Below are positions 48,159-57,783 of a stretch of 64,000 bases of DNA, in pieces (the stretch's first letter is position 1; every line of letters begins with the position of its first letter). This stretch comes from a bacterium (GTDB lineage Bacteria > UBA8248): the NCBI GenBank assembly GCA_965219955.1, contig OZ244799.1:2368001-2432000 (forward strand), given 5' to 3'. The translations under genes were made by a program, and so were the position numbers. Under the pieces are notes generated by a model. The model was not told where the DNA came from and made no database searches. It saw nothing but the letters and a program-made list of their open reading frames with translations.

Positions 48159-49817
48159 ATGAAAAAAGCCATCCTGTTTTGCGCGCTCACCGCTCTTTTC
48201 CTGACGGTAAACACCGCGCGGGCCGAGACGTGCTTCGTGAAATTGAACGATGGTTGGGGCGAGTGGAAAGGTCCTTGCAAGGACGGGAAGGCGTATGGAA
48301 CCGGAGTCGCATACTTTCCGAATTTGACCTACGAAGGTCCGGCGCAGGACGGCCTCGTGCAAGGGCAAGGGGAACTGCGCTTCAAAAAAGGCGGGGTTGT
48401 CCGGGGCAATTTCCACCGTGGCGCTGCCCAGGGCCAATTTGAGGGGACAGACGCCGAGGGAGACCGCATCGTGGGCGAATTCCGCCTGGGCGAGGACGGC
48501 AAGCGGCACCTTTCATATTCAGGAGCTGACCGGCATGTCGACCAGAAGTTGAATGCGCAGGACGCCGCCCGCGCGGCGCCCGCCGCCCGCGAGTGCAGGC
48601 TGGAAGCCGACGGCAAGTTCTTCGACTGGTCGGGGCCATGCAGGGACGGCAAGGCGCACGGAAACGGACGGGCGACGCTCTCCGGCGGAATGACCTACGC
48701 GGGTTCGGCGAAAGACGGAATACTGGAAGGCTACGGAACCGTTACGTCCGCGAGCGGACAAATGCTGTACCAGGGCGGCTACAGGGACGGGGCTCCGCAC
48801 GGCAGGGGGACCTTCCTGGGCGATGACGACAGGTATTACGTGTCGGATTTCGACGATGGCCATGAGGTCGGCGAGAGGATACCCGCGCAAGACTTCGCCT
48901 CCGGCGAGTCTCCGCCCGAAAACGCGGACGATACGGACACCCTGGACGAACAAGCCGCCCTTCCGGGTCTGGATGAGGACGGCGACCAGGAGGGCGATGA
49001 CGGTTACGAGGCGGCCCTGGGCACCCTGGACGGCGGCGACGGCGTGGTTCGCGCGGCGACAACGGACGATGATTACGACGCAAAGCTGACGGAACTGGAC
49101 AGGCGCGAGGCGCTCGAAATCGAAGCCCGTTTCCGCGAGAAACAACTGGAGGCCGAGCGCCGATCGGAAGCCATCAAGGCCGGAATCCGCGAGGAGGAGG
49201 CGGCGAAAGACGCGAAAAAGAAACGGAGTCGCGCGGCGCTCGAGCGAAAAGCAAAAAAATACTGGGAACGGGAACTCGGATCGAGCGGAACGAAAAGATC
49301 GCGGGGGCGTACGCCGAGCGACAACTTCGGCGGCTTCGGAAAAGCGCTGGAGAGGTTGCACAAAACGATAAAGGAAAGGGAGAAGCTCGACAGACAGCTC
49401 GAGCGCGAACGGAAAGCATCCAGGAAGAAAAAGAAGGCTCGTAAGAGGGAACGGGAACTCAAGCGGAAACGCAGGCTCGAACAACTAAGGCGCAAGGAGC
49501 TTGAGTGGCAGCGCACGGTCGAACGGCTGAGGCAGGAAGAATTTGCGCGTCAGCGCAGGGCCGAACAGCAAAGGCGCGAGCAGCTCGAGCGGCAGCGAAG
49601 GGAACAACAAAAGGAAAGTGAACGACGGGAAAAGCTGGCGCGCCTGGCGCGCAAGCGCGACCGGAGTATCGCCAATTTACGGAAAGGGCTCAAGCGGGCG
49701 TTGGCCAGGTGCAACAGGGTGAAACACGGAAGGATCGGGTGCAGAAACGGCCAAATACGTTTCTTTAATGGAGAGATCAGGCATGTAAGACAGCACTACG
49801 AATATTTGATGAGGTGA
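48159..49817 (+). CDS. secreted MORN-like repeat protein with acidic linker and charged coiled-coil C-terminus
   Basis: signal peptide (ARA), two C..WxGPCxDGKAxGxG modules followed by YxG..DG..xGxG repeats, D-rich linker, long R/E/K helix; start after GGGAGG. Confidence 0.75.
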   Translation: MKKAILFCALTALFLTVNTARAETCFVKLNDGWGEWKGPCKDGKAYGTGVAYFPNLTYEGPAQDGLVQGQGELRFKKGGVVRGNFHRGAAQGQFEGTDAEGDRIVGEFRLGEDGKRHLSYSGADRHVDQKLNAQDAARAAPAARECRLEADGKFFDWSGPCRDGKAHGNGRATLSGGMTYAGSAKDGILEGYGTVTSASGQMLYQGGYRDGAPHGRGTFLGDDDRYYVSDFDDGHEVGERIPAQDFASGESPPENADDTDTLDEQAALPGLDEDGDQEGDDGYEAALGTLDGGDGVVRAATTDDDYDAKLTELDRREALEIEARFREKQLEAERRSEAIKAGIREEEAAKDAKKKRSRAALERKAKKYWERELGSSGTKRSRGRTPSDNFGGFGKALERLHKTIKEREKLDRQLERERKASRKKKKARKRERELKRKRRLEQLRRKELEWQRTVERLRQEEFARQRRAEQQRREQLERQRREQQKESERREKLARLARKRDRSIANLRKGLKRALARCNRVKHGRIGCRNGQIRFFNGEIRHVRQHYEYLMR

Positions 49818-49878
49818 ATCGCCTCCCGGATACGGAAAACCACGATGGGGATTTCTTTTTGAGAAGGAATAACCGGAA

Positions 49879-51441
49879 ATGAATCGTTCTTTGGCATGTC
49901 GGGCCCTTCTTTGCGCGCTGCTTATGCTCTCGTGCGCCACGGCGGCCTGGGCGGATTACGGCGCGGGGCAGACGGCGTGGAAAGCGGGGCGCTACGCCGA
50001 GGCGATGAAGGAGTGGCGGGGGGCGGCGAGAAAGGGCGACAGGCGGTCGATGGCGGCGCTGGGCCGGGCGCTCGCGAAGGGGCTGGGCGTCCCGCAGGAC
50101 TTCATCGAGGCGCACAAGTGGCTGAACCTCGCGGCGGCGCGGGGAGACGCAAAGGCCCTGGCGGAGCGCGACGCGCTGGAGAAGCGGATGACGGTGGAAG
50201 AACAGGCCGAAGCGCGCAAGCTGCTCCGGGCGTGGCGGACCGCCGGCAGCCGGAGGAGCACGGCGATAGTCCCGCGCCGGAGGGTGCCCAGGACGCCGCG
50301 GCCGCCGCGCCGGGTGGCGCGAAAAGCATCCCCCGGGAACACGGCCCTGCGGGCGGTTGCTGCAGGGAATATTTCCGCTCTCGAGAAGGCGCTGGCGTCG
50401 GGGGCCGACCCGAACGCGAGAGGCGGCAAGCGCGGCTGGACGCCGCTCATGTACGCGGCGGACAAGGGCTATACGCTGCTGGTTCCCCCGCTCCTGAAAG
50501 CGGGCGCCAAACCGAACCTGCGGGCGGCGGACGGCGCGACGGCGCTGTTCATCGCCGCCCTGCGCGGGCATTCGGAGATCATCGCAGCGTTGATGAAGGC
50601 TGGTGCCGACCCCGCCATCAAGGGGCCGAAGGGCAGGACGGCGTTGGGCGTGGCTTTGGCAAAGGGCAATCCCGCCATCCTCTCATTGCTGGCGTTTCGT
50701 GATTGCCCGGAATGCCCGGAGATGGTGCCGATTTCACCGGGTTCGTTCATCATGGGCTCCCCGACGCATGAGGCACAGAGAGGTGACGATGAAGGCCCCC
50801 GCCGTCGCGTGACGATCCCGAAACCTTTCGCCGTTGGCAAGTACGAGGTGACGTTCGCCGAGTGGGACGCCTGCGCCGCGGCCGGCGGCTGCGGCGGCCG
50901 CCGCCCGGGAGATGAGGGTTGGGGACGCGGACGCCAACCCGTCATCAACGTGAGTTGGGATGACGCGAAGGCGTACGTGGCGTGGCTCTCCAAGAAGACG
51001 GGCAAGATTTATCGACTTCTGAGCGAGGCGGAGTGGGAATACGCGGCGCGGGCGGGCACGACGACGCCCTTTCATTTCGGTTCGACGATATCGGCCTCCC
51101 AGGCGAACTACGATGGGAACCACACGTATGGCGGTGGCTCGAAAGGAGTGTCTCGTGAGAAGACGATGCCCGTCGGGTCTTTTCCGGCGAACCCGTTCGG
51201 CTTGCACGACGCGCACGGCAACGTGTTGGAGTGGGTGGAGGATTGCTGGAACGCGAATTATCAAGGCGCGCCAACGGATGCGAGCGCGTGGATAAACAGA
51301 AATTGCACGAAGCGCGTTCTGCGCGGCGGTGCCTGGTTTAACAGTCCAGAGAACCTCCGCTCCGCGAATCGCAACAGGAACAGGAGCGATGTCCGGTACC
51401 ATTACATCGGGTTTCGCGTAGCCCGGACGCTCGCCCCCTGA
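49879..51441 (+). CDS. secreted Sel1 + ankyrin + FGE-sulfatase (SUMF1/CLec) protein
   Basis: signal peptide; GLGVPQDFIEAHKWLNLAAARG; GWTPLMYAA, GATALFIAA; DCPECPEMV, FAVGKYEVT, PVINVSW, RLLSEAEWEYAAR, GNVLEW, RVLRGG...GFRVAR. Confidence 0.9.
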   Translation: MNRSLACRALLCALLMLSCATAAWADYGAGQTAWKAGRYAEAMKEWRGAARKGDRRSMAALGRALAKGLGVPQDFIEAHKWLNLAAARGDAKALAERDALEKRMTVEEQAEARKLLRAWRTAGSRRSTAIVPRRRVPRTPRPPRRVARKASPGNTALRAVAAGNISALEKALASGADPNARGGKRGWTPLMYAADKGYTLLVPPLLKAGAKPNLRAADGATALFIAALRGHSEIIAALMKAGADPAIKGPKGRTALGVALAKGNPAILSLLAFRDCPECPEMVPISPGSFIMGSPTHEAQRGDDEGPRRRVTIPKPFAVGKYEVTFAEWDACAAAGGCGGRRPGDEGWGRGRQPVINVSWDDAKAYVAWLSKKTGKIYRLLSEAEWEYAARAGTTTPFHFGSTISASQANYDGNHTYGGGSKGVSREKTMPVGSFPANPFGLHDAHGNVLEWVEDCWNANYQGAPTDASAWINRNCTKRVLRGGAWFNSPENLRSANRNRNRSDVRYHYIGFRVARTLAP

Positions 51442-54400
51442 ATTTTTCTTCTTCTCATTGGAGCGAAACCGGAAATGAATCGTAGCGCAAAGTGGCTATT
51501 GTTAATTTTTACGGTACTTACCCTCTCGTGCGCCCCGGCGGCTTGGGCGGATTACGGCGCGGGGTGGGCCGCGTGGAAAGCGGGGCGCTACACCGAGGCG
51601 ATGACGGAGTGGCGGGGGGCGGCGAGGAAGGGCGACGGGCGCGCGATGGCGGCGCTGGGCCGCGCTTTCGTGAAGGGGGTGGGCGTCCCGCAGGACTTCA
51701 TCGAGGCGCACAAGTGGCTGAACCTCGCGGCGGCGCAGGGAGACGAAAAAGCGGCGGCGGAGCGCGACGCGCTGGCGAAGGAGATGACGGTCGAGGAACG
51801 CGCCGAGGCGCGCAAGCTGCTCCGGGCATGGCGGACCGCCGGCAAGCGGAGGAGCACGGCGATAGTCCCGCGCCGTAGGACGCCGAGCACGCCGCGGCCA
51901 CCGCGACAGGTGGCGCGCAAAGGATCCCCCGGGAACGCGGCCCTGCGGGCGGTGGCTGCGGGGAATATCTCCGCCCTTGAGAAAGCGCTGGCGGCGGGGG
52001 CCGACCCGAACGCGAGAGGCGGCAAGCGCGGCTGGACGCCGCTCATGTTCGCGGCGGACAAGGGCTACACGCTGCTGGTTCCCCCGCTCCTGAAAGCGGG
52101 CGCGAAACCCAACCTTCGCGCTGCTGACGGCGCGACGGCGCTGTTCATCGCCGCGTTGCACGGGCGTTCGGAGATCATCGAGGCGTTGATGAAGGCCGGC
52201 GCCGACACCGCCATCAAGGGGCCGAAGGGCAGGACGGCGCTGGACCTGATGGCGAGAGCCGCCAGGAAAAAATACGGCGGCGCCGGCGGGCTGCACAGGG
52301 CCCTGCGCGAGAACGAAGGTCCCTTCGTCATCAAGGCGCTTCTTGACCGGGGCGCCGACCTCGGCGCGAGAGGCGTGGTTCTAGACGAACGAGACCCGAA
52401 TTCCAGATACTTTTACACGCCCTTGCACACCGCCGCGAGATACAACAAGCACCCCGAAGTGATCGCCTTGCTGCTCAAGCGAGGCGTGGATCCAAAGGAA
52501 AAGGTCGAATCCCGGCGAAAGGGAGCATCCAGACAGAGAGAGAATATAACCGCGCAGGCATTGGCGATGCAGTGGAACGAAAACCCCGAGGTCGCCATGA
52601 CATTAATCGAACGCGGAGACGGCGTGAACGGCCACGACGCAAACGGCGACACGCCGTTGCACTTTGCGGCGTCCAGGAAAAACCCCGAACTCGCCAAACT
52701 GTTATTGAAACGCGGCGCCGATGTGAATGCCAAGGGCAAAGATGGCGGCACACCTCTGCACCGGGCGGTGTCCAAGAAAAACCCCGAACTCGCCAAACTG
52801 CTGCTGGACCATGGCGCCGACGTGAACGCCAGAGATAAATTTGGTGAAACACTTCTGCACTATGCGGCGGGGAATAAAAACCCCGAATTCGCTAAACTAC
52901 TGCTGGAGCGCGGCGCCAACGTGAACGCCAGAGACAAATTTGGTGAAACTCCTCTGCACGAAGCGGTGAAATGGAATAAAAACCCCCAATTCGCCAAACT
53001 GCTGCTGGACCACGGCGCCGACGTGAACGCCAAGGGCAAAGATGGCGAAGTGCCTTTGCTCCGGGCATTGCAAAACAGAAATCCCAAATTCGTCCTCGTC
53101 AAACTGCTGCTGGAACGCGGCGCCGACGTGAACGCAAGGAGCAAAGGAGGCTTGACACTCCTGCACTGGGCGGTGGGCAAGAAGAACTCCGAACTCGCCA
53201 AACTGCTGCTGGACCACGGCGCCGACGTGAACGCCAGAGACAAATATGGTGAAACACCTCTGTACGATGCGGTGAAGTGGAATAAAAATCCCGAACTCGT
53301 CAAGCTGCTGTTGGAACGCGGCGCCGACGTAAACGCCAGAGACAAATTTGGTGACACACCTCTGCACGATGCGGTGAAATGGAATAAAAATCCCGAACTC
53401 GCCAAACTGCTGCTGAAGCGCGGCGCCAAGATGGACGCCGTGAACGAAAAGGGCGAAACCCCAGAAATGATAGCCAGTCCGGCAATAAAAAGCTGGATGC
53501 GGCGGCACAATATGATTACCACGACACCAAGGCAGAGTACTCAGCCGACGCCAAAGAAGAGAACCCAGTCGGTTAGCCCGCAGGTTGACGACAACATCGG
53601 CAATGAAGATTGACCCTGCCGGTTCATGGGACGGTTGGTATGCGAAAAGTAACGGCAGGTTTTCCGGTTTCTGAAATGAATCAACGCTTCAATCTCTCCA
53701 GAGGAGCATCGGCAATGTATCGTCATTTGGCATGGCTCATCCCTCTTTGCGCGCTGCTCATGCTCTCGTGCGCCACGGTTGCGCAGGCGGATTACGGCGC
53801 GGGGCAGGCCGCGTGGAAGGCGGGGCGCTACGCCGAGGCGATGAAGGAGTGGCGGGGGGCGGCGCGGAAGGGCGACAGGCGCGCGATGGCGGCGCTGGGC
53901 CGCGCGTTCGCGAAGGGGCTGGGCGTCCCGCAGGATTTCATCGAGGCGCACAAGTGGCTGAACCTCGCGGCGGCGCGGGGAGACGCGAAGGCCCTGGCGG
54001 AGCGCGACGCGCTGGCGAAGGAGATGACGGTCGAAGAACGCGCCGAGGCGCGCAAGCTCCTCCGGGCGTGGCGGACCACCGGCAAGCGGAGAAGCACGGC
54101 GATAGTCCCGCGCCGGAGGACGCCCAGGACGCCACGGCCGCCGCGCCGGGCGGCTCGAAAAGTATCCCCCGGGAACGCGGCTCTGCGCGCCGTGGCTGCG
54201 GGGAATATTTCCGCCCTCGAGAAGGCGCTGGCGTCGGGAGCCGACCCGAACGCGCGAGGCGGCAAGCGCGGCTGGACGCCGCTCATGTACGCGGCGGACA
54301 AGGGCTACACGCTGCTGGTTCCCCCGCTCCTGAAAGCGGGCGCGAAACCGAACCTGCGCGCGGCGGACGGGGCGACGGCGCTGTTCATCGCCGCCCTGCG

Positions 54401-54479
54401 CGGGCATTCGGAACTCGTGGAGATTCTCATGAAGGCCGGCGCCGACCCCGCCATCAAGGGGCCCAAGGGCAAGACGGCG
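49927..54479 (+). repeat. three direct copies of a 717-bp block (49927-50643, 51523-52239, 53763-54479)
   Basis: each runs from CTCTCGTGCGCC to AAGGGCA(G/A)GACGGCG with equal length and mostly identical sequence. Confidence 0.92.
51475..53613 (+). CDS. secreted Sel1 + ankyrin-repeat protein
   Basis: same N-terminal block; then about 8 highly similar ankyrin repeats (GADVNARDKFGETPLH..KNPELAKLLL). Confidence 0.92.
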   Translation: MNRSAKWLLLIFTVLTLSCAPAAWADYGAGWAAWKAGRYTEAMTEWRGAARKGDGRAMAALGRAFVKGVGVPQDFIEAHKWLNLAAAQGDEKAAAERDALAKEMTVEERAEARKLLRAWRTAGKRRSTAIVPRRRTPSTPRPPRQVARKGSPGNAALRAVAAGNISALEKALAAGADPNARGGKRGWTPLMFAADKGYTLLVPPLLKAGAKPNLRAADGATALFIAALHGRSEIIEALMKAGADTAIKGPKGRTALDLMARAARKKYGGAGGLHRALRENEGPFVIKALLDRGADLGARGVVLDERDPNSRYFYTPLHTAARYNKHPEVIALLLKRGVDPKEKVESRRKGASRQRENITAQALAMQWNENPEVAMTLIERGDGVNGHDANGDTPLHFAASRKNPELAKLLLKRGADVNAKGKDGGTPLHRAVSKKNPELAKLLLDHGADVNARDKFGETLLHYAAGNKNPEFAKLLLERGANVNARDKFGETPLHEAVKWNKNPQFAKLLLDHGADVNAKGKDGEVPLLRALQNRNPKFVLVKLLLERGADVNARSKGGLTLLHWAVGKKNSELAKLLLDHGADVNARDKYGETPLYDAVKWNKNPELVKLLLERGADVNARDKFGDTPLHDAVKWNKNPELAKLLLKRGAKMDAVNEKGETPEMIASPAIKSWMRRHNMITTTPRQSTQPTPKKRTQSVSPQVDDNIGNED

Positions 54480-55355
54480 GAGGAAGTTGGCTACATCGGC
54501 AAGAACCCGCGCGTTATCGAGGCTCTCGGGTTGATCAAGATCATCCCCGAACCGAACGGCATGGTCTGGAAAGGCGCCGTATTGGGAGGCGAGAGGCATG
54601 GCCGTTGGGCGAAGACCAAGGCCGACGGCGCTGTCGTAGAAGAAGGTTCGTACGTCAAGGGCAAGAAGCATGGCCAGTGGAAGGAAAGGCATAGGGACGA
54701 AATTGAGCTAGGCCTTTGGTTTAGTCAAGGTGGTGAACCCCCTGTGCAGACGGAGAATGATGAACGGCTTGAGACAGGCCCATACGTGGAGGGCGAGAGA
54801 CATGGCGGATGGACGCTGAGCGCTAAAGGCGACGACGGCAAGCTCAGGTTCAGACTGGAAGGCCCGTACGTAAAGGGCAAGAAGCACGGTCGATGGAAGG
54901 TGCGGCAAAGTCATGGTCGTTGGGAAGGTTCGTATGTGCGGGGCAAAAGGCATGGCCCTTGGAAACATACTTGGGGCGCCTGGACTGTGAGTTACTACTA
55001 CAAGGGTGGCAAGAAGCACGGCCCGTATACGGCGGATTTTCGAACCGACCATCTTAGGATAACGCTGCAAACCGCGTATGTCGACGATTTGCTCCACGGC
55101 CCGTATGTGTATGAGTCCAACAGCCCTGATCCATCTACACCAAAATACAGCTATACAAAAGGAATGTACGTGATGGGCAAGAAGCATGGCAAGTGGCGAG
55201 ATAAGGCAAGGGGCAGGAACTATAGGGGAGGAACATACGAGAATTATAATTGGGACAATATTATACACTACGATAATGGCCGCCGAATTCGGAAATCGCC
55301 GCAGAATCAACAAGCCGCAACCGGGGATGACGACAACACCGGCAATGAAGACTGA
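53715..55355 (+). CDS. secreted Sel1 + ankyrin + MORN_2/YwqK-like repeat protein
   Basis: same N-terminal block; C-terminus with repeated GxYVxGK(K/R)HGxW; start MYRHL after GAGGAG. Confidence 0.85.
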   Translation: MYRHLAWLIPLCALLMLSCATVAQADYGAGQAAWKAGRYAEAMKEWRGAARKGDRRAMAALGRAFAKGLGVPQDFIEAHKWLNLAAARGDAKALAERDALAKEMTVEERAEARKLLRAWRTTGKRRSTAIVPRRRTPRTPRPPRRAARKVSPGNAALRAVAAGNISALEKALASGADPNARGGKRGWTPLMYAADKGYTLLVPPLLKAGAKPNLRAADGATALFIAALRGHSELVEILMKAGADPAIKGPKGKTAEEVGYIGKNPRVIEALGLIKIIPEPNGMVWKGAVLGGERHGRWAKTKADGAVVEEGSYVKGKKHGQWKERHRDEIELGLWFSQGGEPPVQTENDERLETGPYVEGERHGGWTLSAKGDDGKLRFRLEGPYVKGKKHGRWKVRQSHGRWEGSYVRGKRHGPWKHTWGAWTVSYYYKGGKKHGPYTADFRTDHLRITLQTAYVDDLLHGPYVYESNSPDPSTPKYSYTKGMYVMGKKHGKWRDKARGRNYRGGTYENYNWDNIIHYDNGRRIRKSPQNQQAATGDDDNTGNED

Positions 55356-55648
55356 CCCTGCCCGGTTCATGGGGCGGCGGGCCGCGAGGCGATCATCCCC
55401 GCGCTGGTCGACCGCGTCCGCACCGATGCAACGCGGCGGATTGGGGCCGCGCCGGGGAAATGATAGAATAAGATCCTCCGCGAGGCTCCACCCCAGACCC
55501 CACAAGGCAAACGGACGATGCAAAGCATCGAGAGACTCGCGCGCGAATGGTGCGCTGTCGGATTGGCAGGATGTCGTTCCGGAATCGGTGGAGGAACTGG
55601 GGCAAGAACTAACAAGAGAGGCAACTCAGCAGTCGGGAGGACGGGCAA

Positions 55649-56104
55649 ATGGATGATCCGATTCGAGGGAAAGTCGCCAAGGTTCTCAACGCGCGCGAAG
55701 TCGCCATCAACCTGGGCAGCGCGCAAGGGGTGCGCCCCGGCATGTATTTCGACGTCGTCGCCCGGCATGAGGACATCGTGGACCCCGATACGAGGGAATC
55801 CCTGGGCGCCATCGAGCGTCCGAAAACCAGAGTGAAAATCACCTGGGTGCAGGAAAAGCTGTCCCTGGCTTCCACCTGTAAAAGCCGGGAAGTCAACGTC
55901 GGGGGAGATATTCATGTACGGGATTTCTCCAAAGCTCTACCGGATTTTTCCAGAGCTCTGATGCCGGCCAAATGGGTGAAAAAATACGAGACGTTCAAGA
56001 CAAAAGAAGAACCTGCCGAGCCTCTCGATGAGAAGGAAAGCCTCGTGAAGGTGGGCGACGCCGTCGTCCAGGTCGTCCCGGTCGCCGCAGAAGAGCGCGT
56101 ATAA
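55649..56104 (+). CDS. hypothetical protein, small beta-barrel resembling FlgT C-terminal domain
   Basis: GKVAKV..EVAINLGSAQGVRPGMYFDV...IVDPDT.E.LG...V.VGD pattern; RBS GGAGG. Confidence 0.65.
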   Translation: MDDPIRGKVAKVLNAREVAINLGSAQGVRPGMYFDVVARHEDIVDPDTRESLGAIERPKTRVKITWVQEKLSLASTCKSREVNVGGDIHVRDFSKALPDFSRALMPAKWVKKYETFKTKEEPAEPLDEKESLVKVGDAVVQVVPVAAEERV

Positions 56105-56276
56105 CCGAGGCGAACGAGGTGTCGGGCCGGGCGTGCGGCCCCTCCGGGTCAAACCCTCCCGAAAAAGAGTCGTTGCAAAAGTCCTGCAACGCCGGTGAGT
56201 AACCTCGAAGGTCCGTAACCATTCTCCCTTGAGGTTTTTCCCAATTCAAGAGAGAGGATTCACTCCCCCCTTGAGG

Positions 56277-56470
56277 GGGTTGTTGAAAAAGCCCCCTATG
56301 TGTCCACCAGCCCCTGGAAACCGCCAACGCCTCTTTCCTCACCCTGAGTAGCCGCCGAAGGCGGCGTATCGAAGGGCGAGGGGATCGCGCCGTGGTGAGA
56401 GGGCATCCTTCGATACGCGGCTCCGCCGCTACTCAGGATGAGGAAGATGTGAGGACTTTTTCAACAACCT
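56277..56470. mobile_element. MITE-like element copy 5
   Basis: GGGTTGTTGAAAAA ... TTTTTCAACAACCT; flanks CTTGAGG / CTTGCAGG; cargo is the reverse complement of part of copy 1. Confidence 0.72.
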
Positions 56471-56478
56471 CTTGCAGG

Positions 56479-57783
56479 CTAGTCCACCGCGTCCTCGCCG
56501 CGGGCGTGGGCCAGTTCGCGCGCGCTCGGGTTGACCGACGGGCGGAAGGGGACCTCGCAGACCTCCGCGCGGTCGGGCCGGCCCGGCTCGCCGGCATACT
56601 CGTCCGGCAGCCAGACCAGCAGCTCGGTCCCGACCGCCGACTTGCCGATAGGCACGTAGCCCAGCGCGATGTTGCACCCAAGCTCCGGGGCGTGCCAGGG
56701 CGAAGTCAGGTAGCCGATGGGGTCGCCTCCATCGGGGCCTGAGACCAGCCAGAAGTCGGGCGCGTAGTCGTCGATCGGCTTGCCGCCCAGCTTCACCCCC
56801 ACCATGACCATCGAGAACGGCGGACGCCCCGCTTCGATCTCGGCGCGCATCCGCTCGAGCGCCGCCCGGCCGACGTAGTCGCCCTGCTTTTTGCGCGGCA
56901 CCTGGTAGGCCAGGTTGCACTGGAAGGGAACCGTCTCGTGGTCGATGTCCTGCCCCCAGGAGAGGATGCCGGCCTGGATGCGGCGCTGGTGGCCGGGGGC
57001 GGTGACCATGAGCCGGTGCGGCTCGCCCGCCTCAATCACCGCGCGCCAGAGCTTCTCGGCGTGCAGGGTGGCGTCGCGCAGGTAGACCTCATAACCCTTC
57101 TCCCCCGAGAAGCCGGACTGGGTGACGACCACCGGGCAGCCCGCGACCTCGGCTTCGAGGATCCCGTAGTAGGGGATGTCCCGGACGCCCTCGCCGACCA
57201 GATCGACCATCAGCGCGAGCGACTTCGGCCCCTGGATCTGCAGCGGGCAGACGTCGATCTCGTTGATCTCCACGTCCATCCGCTTCCCGACGTTGACGCC
57301 CTGGAGCCAGTAGAGCAGGTCGGAGTCCGCCAGCGAGAACCAGAACTCCTCCCCGGCCAGGCGCAGCAGGACCGGGTCGTTCAGAATCCCGCCCTTCTCG
57401 TTGCAGAGGATGACGTACTTCGCCTGCATCGGCCGGATGCGGGTCGCGTCGCGCGTGATGACGTAGTCGACGAACCGCTCCGCGTCCGGCCCCTTCACCT
57501 GAATCTGCCGCTCGACCGCGACGTTCCAGACCGTCACGTGGTTCGTCAGCGCCTCGTGCTCGACGGCCGCGCCGCCCTCTTCGGGCCTGACGTAGCCGCG
57601 CGGGTGGTAGACGCGGTTGTAGACCGTGGCCCGCCAGCAGCCCGCGTCGTGGGACAGGTGCCAGTAGGGCGACTTCCGCACCCGCGTGGAGATGAGCATC
57701 TCCACGGGCGTCCGGCCGCTCTGGCGCAGGTTGACGGGGACGATCCGGTCGGACTGGTCGACGCTTTGCGGCTGGCCGTTCAT
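56479..57783 (-). CDS. GcvT-family aminomethyltransferase (DmdA-like THF-dependent demethylase)
   Basis: RVRKSPY, WNVAVERQI, GGILNDPVL, LQIQGPKS, QSGFSGEKGYE, RRIQAGILSWG; start MNGQP after AGGAGG. Confidence 0.88.
   Translation of the reverse strand: MNGQPQSVDQSDRIVPVNLRQSGRTPVEMLISTRVRKSPYWHLSHDAGCWRATVYNRVYHPRGYVRPEEGGAAVEHEALTNHVTVWNVAVERQIQVKGPDAERFVDYVITRDATRIRPMQAKYVILCNEKGGILNDPVLLRLAGEEFWFSLADSDLLYWLQGVNVGKRMDVEINEIDVCPLQIQGPKSLALMVDLVGEGVRDIPYYGILEAEVAGCPVVVTQSGFSGEKGYEVYLRDATLHAEKLWRAVIEAGEPHRLMVTAPGHQRRIQAGILSWGQDIDHETVPFQCNLAYQVPRKKQGDYVGRAALERMRAEIEAGRPPFSMVMVGVKLGGKPIDDYAPDFWLVSGPDGGDPIGYLTSPWHAPELGCNIALGYVPIGKSAVGTELLVWLPDEYAGEPGRPDRAEVCEVPFRPSVNPSARELAHARGEDAVD

Noticed and set aside
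52620-53460. CRISPR-like regularly spaced repeats
   Set aside because: Repeats are in-frame coding ankyrin units without unique spacers; no cas genes
49879-55355. Complete DGR or classical polymorphic toxin-immunity locus
   Set aside because: No reverse transcriptase, Avd or template repeat; no recognisable toxin domain or small immunity ORFs between the genes
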